In this document: one piece after another, positions 34,195 through 37,690 of the stretch
Layout of the letters: every line of letters starts with the position of its first letter
Numbering within the stretch: the stretch's first letter is position 1
NCBI RefSeq assembly: GCF_001194135.2
Contig: NC_068992.1
Coordinates: 28,141,035-28,178,724, forward strand
Length of the DNA stretch: 37,690 nucleotides
Source: Octopus bimaculoides
Taxonomy: Eukaryota
Direction of reading: 5' to 3'
Position numbers and translations under genes: made by a program
Notes under the pieces: generated by a model
Told to the model about the DNA's origin: nothing
The model's input: the letters and a program-made list of their open reading frames with translations, nothing else
Databases searched by the model: none

Positions 34195-34340
34195 GTTTCA
34201 AGCCACTGAATTCAAAATTGTAACATAATTTTAGAGTAAATTTAATGATGGTATTGCTTTTGAATTCCCATTTATATTTTGGTTTGAATTTTAGAGAAAG
34301 AAAAATATAATATAATAATAATAGTAATGATAATAATAAT

Positions 34341-34449
34341 AAGTAACCTTAGATGCCAAGTATTTAGGAGGGTTATTGGCATCTAAGGTTACTTGCTGTA
34401 ACCCGATGTTAGGATTCTTTTCTTTTCCAACAGTCTAATCTGTTGAGTG

Positions 34450-34451
<2 letters not shown>
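34341..34451 (+). mobile_element. Very short 5'-truncated R4/Dong-like copy (last codons VFRRVIGI* plus 3' UTR) with a 19-bp inverted duplication at its 5' end
   Basis: gta ttt agg agg gtt att ggc atc taa at 34360-34386, stem-loop ggttac-ttgct-gtaacc right after the stop, then (TAA)n. Confidence 0.6.

Positions 34452-34515
<64 letters not shown>
34452..34515. repeat. (TAA)~21
   Basis: Direct reading. Confidence 0.98.
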
Positions 34516-34899
34516 TCTTAATTGAGAAAGCAAACGATGCTGGATCATAGATATATCATGCCCAACTGACAACAAGGTATGCAATAAGGAAGAAAGAAAA
34601 GTCGATAGATATAACAGGTTAGCTTGGGAGGTTAAGCAGTTGTGGTTAATGAAAAAGGTGGTAGTAGTACCAATAATTATCGGAGCCTTGGGAACAGCGA
34701 GTAAAAAATCTTGAGAAGTACATGGAACAAATAGGGGTGCAATAAGGGAGGAGAACTTGCAGAAAACAGTACTGCTTGGAACCGCTCGGAAAATAAGGGG
34801 TGTTACCTTAGTTCACTGGTAGTGAATATCTGACACCGTAGTAAATCTCCAGCGTTAGAAGCTGTGAAAAGGCAATAAAATAATAATGATAATAATAAT
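34516..34899 (+). mobile_element. 5'-truncated R4/Dong-type LINE, RLE C-terminus, 3' UTR and (TAA)n tail
   Basis: KRCWIIDISCPTDNKVCNKEERKVDRYNRLAWEVKQLWLMKKVVVVPIIIGALGT, frameshift, then LQKTVLLGTARKIR; tail taataatgataataataat. Confidence 0.9.
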
Positions 34900-35952
34900 G
34901 CAGACACTGATCGCCTATACATGAAGAGAGCAAATGGAGGAAGGGGACTGATAAGTGTGGAAGACTGCGTGCGTATCGGACTCCAGAGTTTAATGAGATA
35001 TCTAGCCCAAAGTAAGGAAACTTTATTAGTGTCTATTAGGAACGAAGGAGTATTGAGAGTATTGAGAGGGGGATAGCAAAGGAAGAAGTACAAAAGACAC
35101 GAAGAAGAATTATGCAAGAAGAGACTGCACAATCAATTCCATGTAGCCACAACAGAAGTTGCTGGAAAAAATAGGTGGGATTGGCTGATGAAAGAAACCC
35201 TAAAAAAAGAGATCGAGAGTACTATACTAGCAGCGCAGGACCAAGCTCTAGTCACTAACTGGAGGGTCAACCTTGGGAGTGAGCGAGTGTCTCCGCTGTG
35301 CCGCATCTGCAATAGAGTGGATGGAATCACTACTCATATCACAAACGAATGCCCTAGACTTGCCCAAAACTGCTACAAGTTGTGGCAACACGACTAGGTA
35401 GCGAAAGTGCTACATTGGAAACTGTGCGAAAAGTGGGGACTAGAGAGAGGCAAGACGTGGTATGAGAACAAACCACAGAGAGTGGCAGAGTCAGAGACTA
35501 GCAAAATCCTCCGGGATTTCCCAATCCAGACAGATCAGGTGCTAGAACATAACAGACTGGACCAAGTGGTGGTGGACGTTCAATGCTCCTTTGACTAACG
35601 AATAGTCAAGAAGGAAGGTGAAACGATAGATAGAAACAACACTCTTAAGTACGAAATAACCCGTCTATGGAAAATGTAGAAGGTGGAGATAGTGCTAGTT
35701 ATTGTTGGGTCCTTGGGAACAGTAAGGAATCAAGAGGAATATAAAGGAAATTGTAATAGCATGCAGAACTGTTACAAAAGGTTTGCCTCCTTGGCATAGC
35801 CAGAATAATTACGAAAGTATTAGATAGATAAAAATAATGAATAACATGGTACTGTAGCAAGTGGCAGTAATCCCGCTACGCATGCAAGACTCCAGGAGCT
35901 CCAACAAAACCTGTGATAAAGAGAAAATAATAACAATAATAATAATGATAAT
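34900..35952 (+). mobile_element. 5'-truncated R4/Dong-type LINE (RT thumb region, CCHC knuckle, degenerate RLE), 3' UTR and (TAA)n tail
   Basis: DRLYMKRANGGRGL (34909-34950); AAQDQAL; CRICNRVDGITTHITNEC (C-x2-C-x8-H-x4-C, 35299-35352); HD*VAKVLHWKLC; ILRDFPIQTD; VIVGSLGT; LLGIARIITKVLDR*. Several stop codons. Confidence 0.93.
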
Positions 35953-36146
35953 TTCTACTAAAGGCACAATGCCTGAAATTTGGTGTGGAGGGGACTAACC
36001 GATTACATCGACTCCAGTGTTTCACTGGTACTTAATTTAACGACCCCAAAAAGATAAAGTCGACCGCGGCGTAATTCGAACTTAGAACGTAGCGAAATAC
36101 TGCTAAGCATTTCCTCCAACGTGCTAACGAGTCTGCCAGCTCGCAA
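35953..36146 (-). mobile_element. SINE-A with tail type A1, whose tail microsatellite is shared with the Dong stack
   Basis: tttctactaaaggcacaatgcctgaaatttgg...aaagtcgaccgcggcg...gtctgccagctcgc. Confidence 0.88.
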
Positions 36147-36169
36147 CCGTAGTGACCACGACGATGAAT

Positions 36170-36375
36170 AATAATTATCCTTTTTACTAAAGGTACAAGG
36201 CCTGACATTTCGGGGGACGAGATAAGTTGATTAAATTGACCCCCTATTTTATCGATGCCGAAATGATGAAAGGCAAAGTCGACCTCGGTGGTATTTGAAC
36301 TCAGAACGTTAAGACGGGCGAAATGCCGATAAGCATTTCGCTCGGCGTGCTAACGATTCTGCTAGTTCACTGCCT
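36170..36375 (-). mobile_element. SINE-A with tail type A1, followed by a (TGA/TAA)n tract at 36376-36452
   Basis: ttatcctttttactaaaggtacaaggcctga...aaaggcaaagtcgacctcggtgg...gctaacgattctgctagttcactgcc. Confidence 0.9.
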
Positions 36376-36987
36376 TAATGATGATAATAATGATGATGGT
36401 GCTGATGATGATGATGATAATGATGCTGCTGCTGCTGATTATGATGATGATGAATTGTGTATATTTAATCATTTTCGCAGTTTCAGTTAACACGCTGTTA
36501 TTATCTTTAATATTGATTTCATTTTTCCTTGCTATATATATATACATATTTTCAGCCTGGAGAAAAAAGAGGTCATTTTAGGAAGGTTTCATTTTGAAAA
36601 CCGTCTGTAAGAAATACAGCAAGAAATGAAATATAAATGATGGAGAAACGACTAGCATTTCAGTATATTAAAAGAGGCATCTGACAAAACCAATTTCTTT
36701 TTGTAATTGCATAAATGGAAAAAGAAATATGTAAATTACGGTTAGCAAAAAATGAGAAATAAAAAATAAGTGGAATATAATGATAAAAACAATGTTCCTT
36801 CTACTTTAAGTGATTAGCTGCATGTATCGATGCAAGAGTATAGATTAAATGGTATAAATATTTAAATAATGATTCTTAATATCGATTCCGCTGGAATGAC
36901 TGAGGAAATTAACCTAGTGCTCATTTGTTGGCAACGAGTGCAGATTTTTTTTTCTTTTTTTTATTGGTAAACAACTTTATACCGACT

Positions 36988-37546
36988 CGTCAGATTATTA
37001 GCTCACATTCAAGTTAGTGGTTGGAAATTTCGATTCATATTACCGTCACCATCGCTGCCCTGGGATCTGTGATCATAGCTTGGACGCAGCAAGCGCTCGC
37101 GCACACACACATACGCACACACACACACACGCACACACACATACACACACACATGCACACACACACACGACAAGCTTTCAAACTTTCCATCTCCCAAATT
37201 CACTTATAAGTATGACTCCCAAGGTGCCGCGCATTGGTATCGAACCTGAAAGTAAGAGGTTGCAAAAGTGGGTTTCTTATCACACAGCAATCTTGCACCT
37301 GAACTGAAAGCAGCCGGCCCTGGATTTGTAAAAAAACAGAAAGACTACTTTTGATCGTAGGTATTGTGGATCAAGTTTGATCTGGGACAAAAAATAGCTG
37401 GGCCTCTGCTTTTTGTAGCAAAGTAGATTAACTCATCTGCGGTGATGAGTCCGCGCTATGATCATAGGTTACAGCACAACGATAGTGACGATAATATGAA
37501 TCGAAATATCGACCCACTAGTTCGAATGTGAGCTGCAAATCTGACG
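36988..37546. mobile_element. Old foldback/MITE-like element with 98-bp arms (36988-37085 and 37449-37546), containing (CA)n and a degenerate minus-strand SINE-B head (about 37190-37290)
   Basis: The arms align ungapped at 78/98 identity by manual count. No clear TSD. Confidence 0.75.
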
Positions 37547-37690
37547 CTTCAGTGTTATTAACATTTATAAAAACAAAACCCGCGCTCTCTCCCGGTCTCT
37601 CTCTCTCTCTCAGTCTCTCTTTCTCTCGGTCTCTCTCCCTCTCTCTTGGTCTTCAATTATATATATATGTATATAGGCACAGGCTGTTTA

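Noticed and set aside
33995-34228. 77-aa ORF with a signal-peptide-like N-terminus
   Set aside because: It starts at TTG, and the hydrophobic stretch is the branch point and polypyrimidine tract read as codons.

Overview
This is AT-rich, repeat-dense eukaryotic DNA from a gapped draft assembly: six N gaps total about 3.6 kb, and five of them touch (TA)n. The SINE families look like those of octopus/coleoid cephalopod genomes, which is recognition from memory and not a database result. No intact multi-exon gene is visible, and almost all ORF-track entries are microsatellite or N-gap artefacts. The only clear protein homologies are decayed retroelements: a Gypsy RT-RNaseH fragment (about 14740-15460, YQDD and TDAS), R4/Dong-type restriction-like-endonuclease LINE fragments (25328-25694 on minus; a stack of three at 34341-35925), and an RTE C-terminus in an internally deleted RTE element present twice (21150-21428, 30690-31082). 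About 30 tRNA-derived SINE copies fall into at least three families, here called A, B and C. There is also a mariner MITE, a MULE-like MITE whose TIRs carry octamer and CCAAT motifs, and an old foldback element. The window may lie mostly inside one long plus-strand intron, with a GTAAGT donor at 30 and a textbook TACTAAC/polypyrimidine/CAG acceptor at 34005-34043; this is a hypothesis. The best leads are: (1) TAA-targeting LINEs stacked in SINE-tail microsatellites; (2) a 23-bp templated copy of the candidate splice donor inserted 5.2 kb away inside a SINE with a 9-bp direct repeat; (3) a bipartite RTE family with a pseudoknot-capable 5' end; (4) the octamer/CCAAT MITE; (5) recurring SINE insertion just upstream of other SINE heads. 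No CRISPR, rRNA, genuine tRNA or prokaryote-type system is supported.
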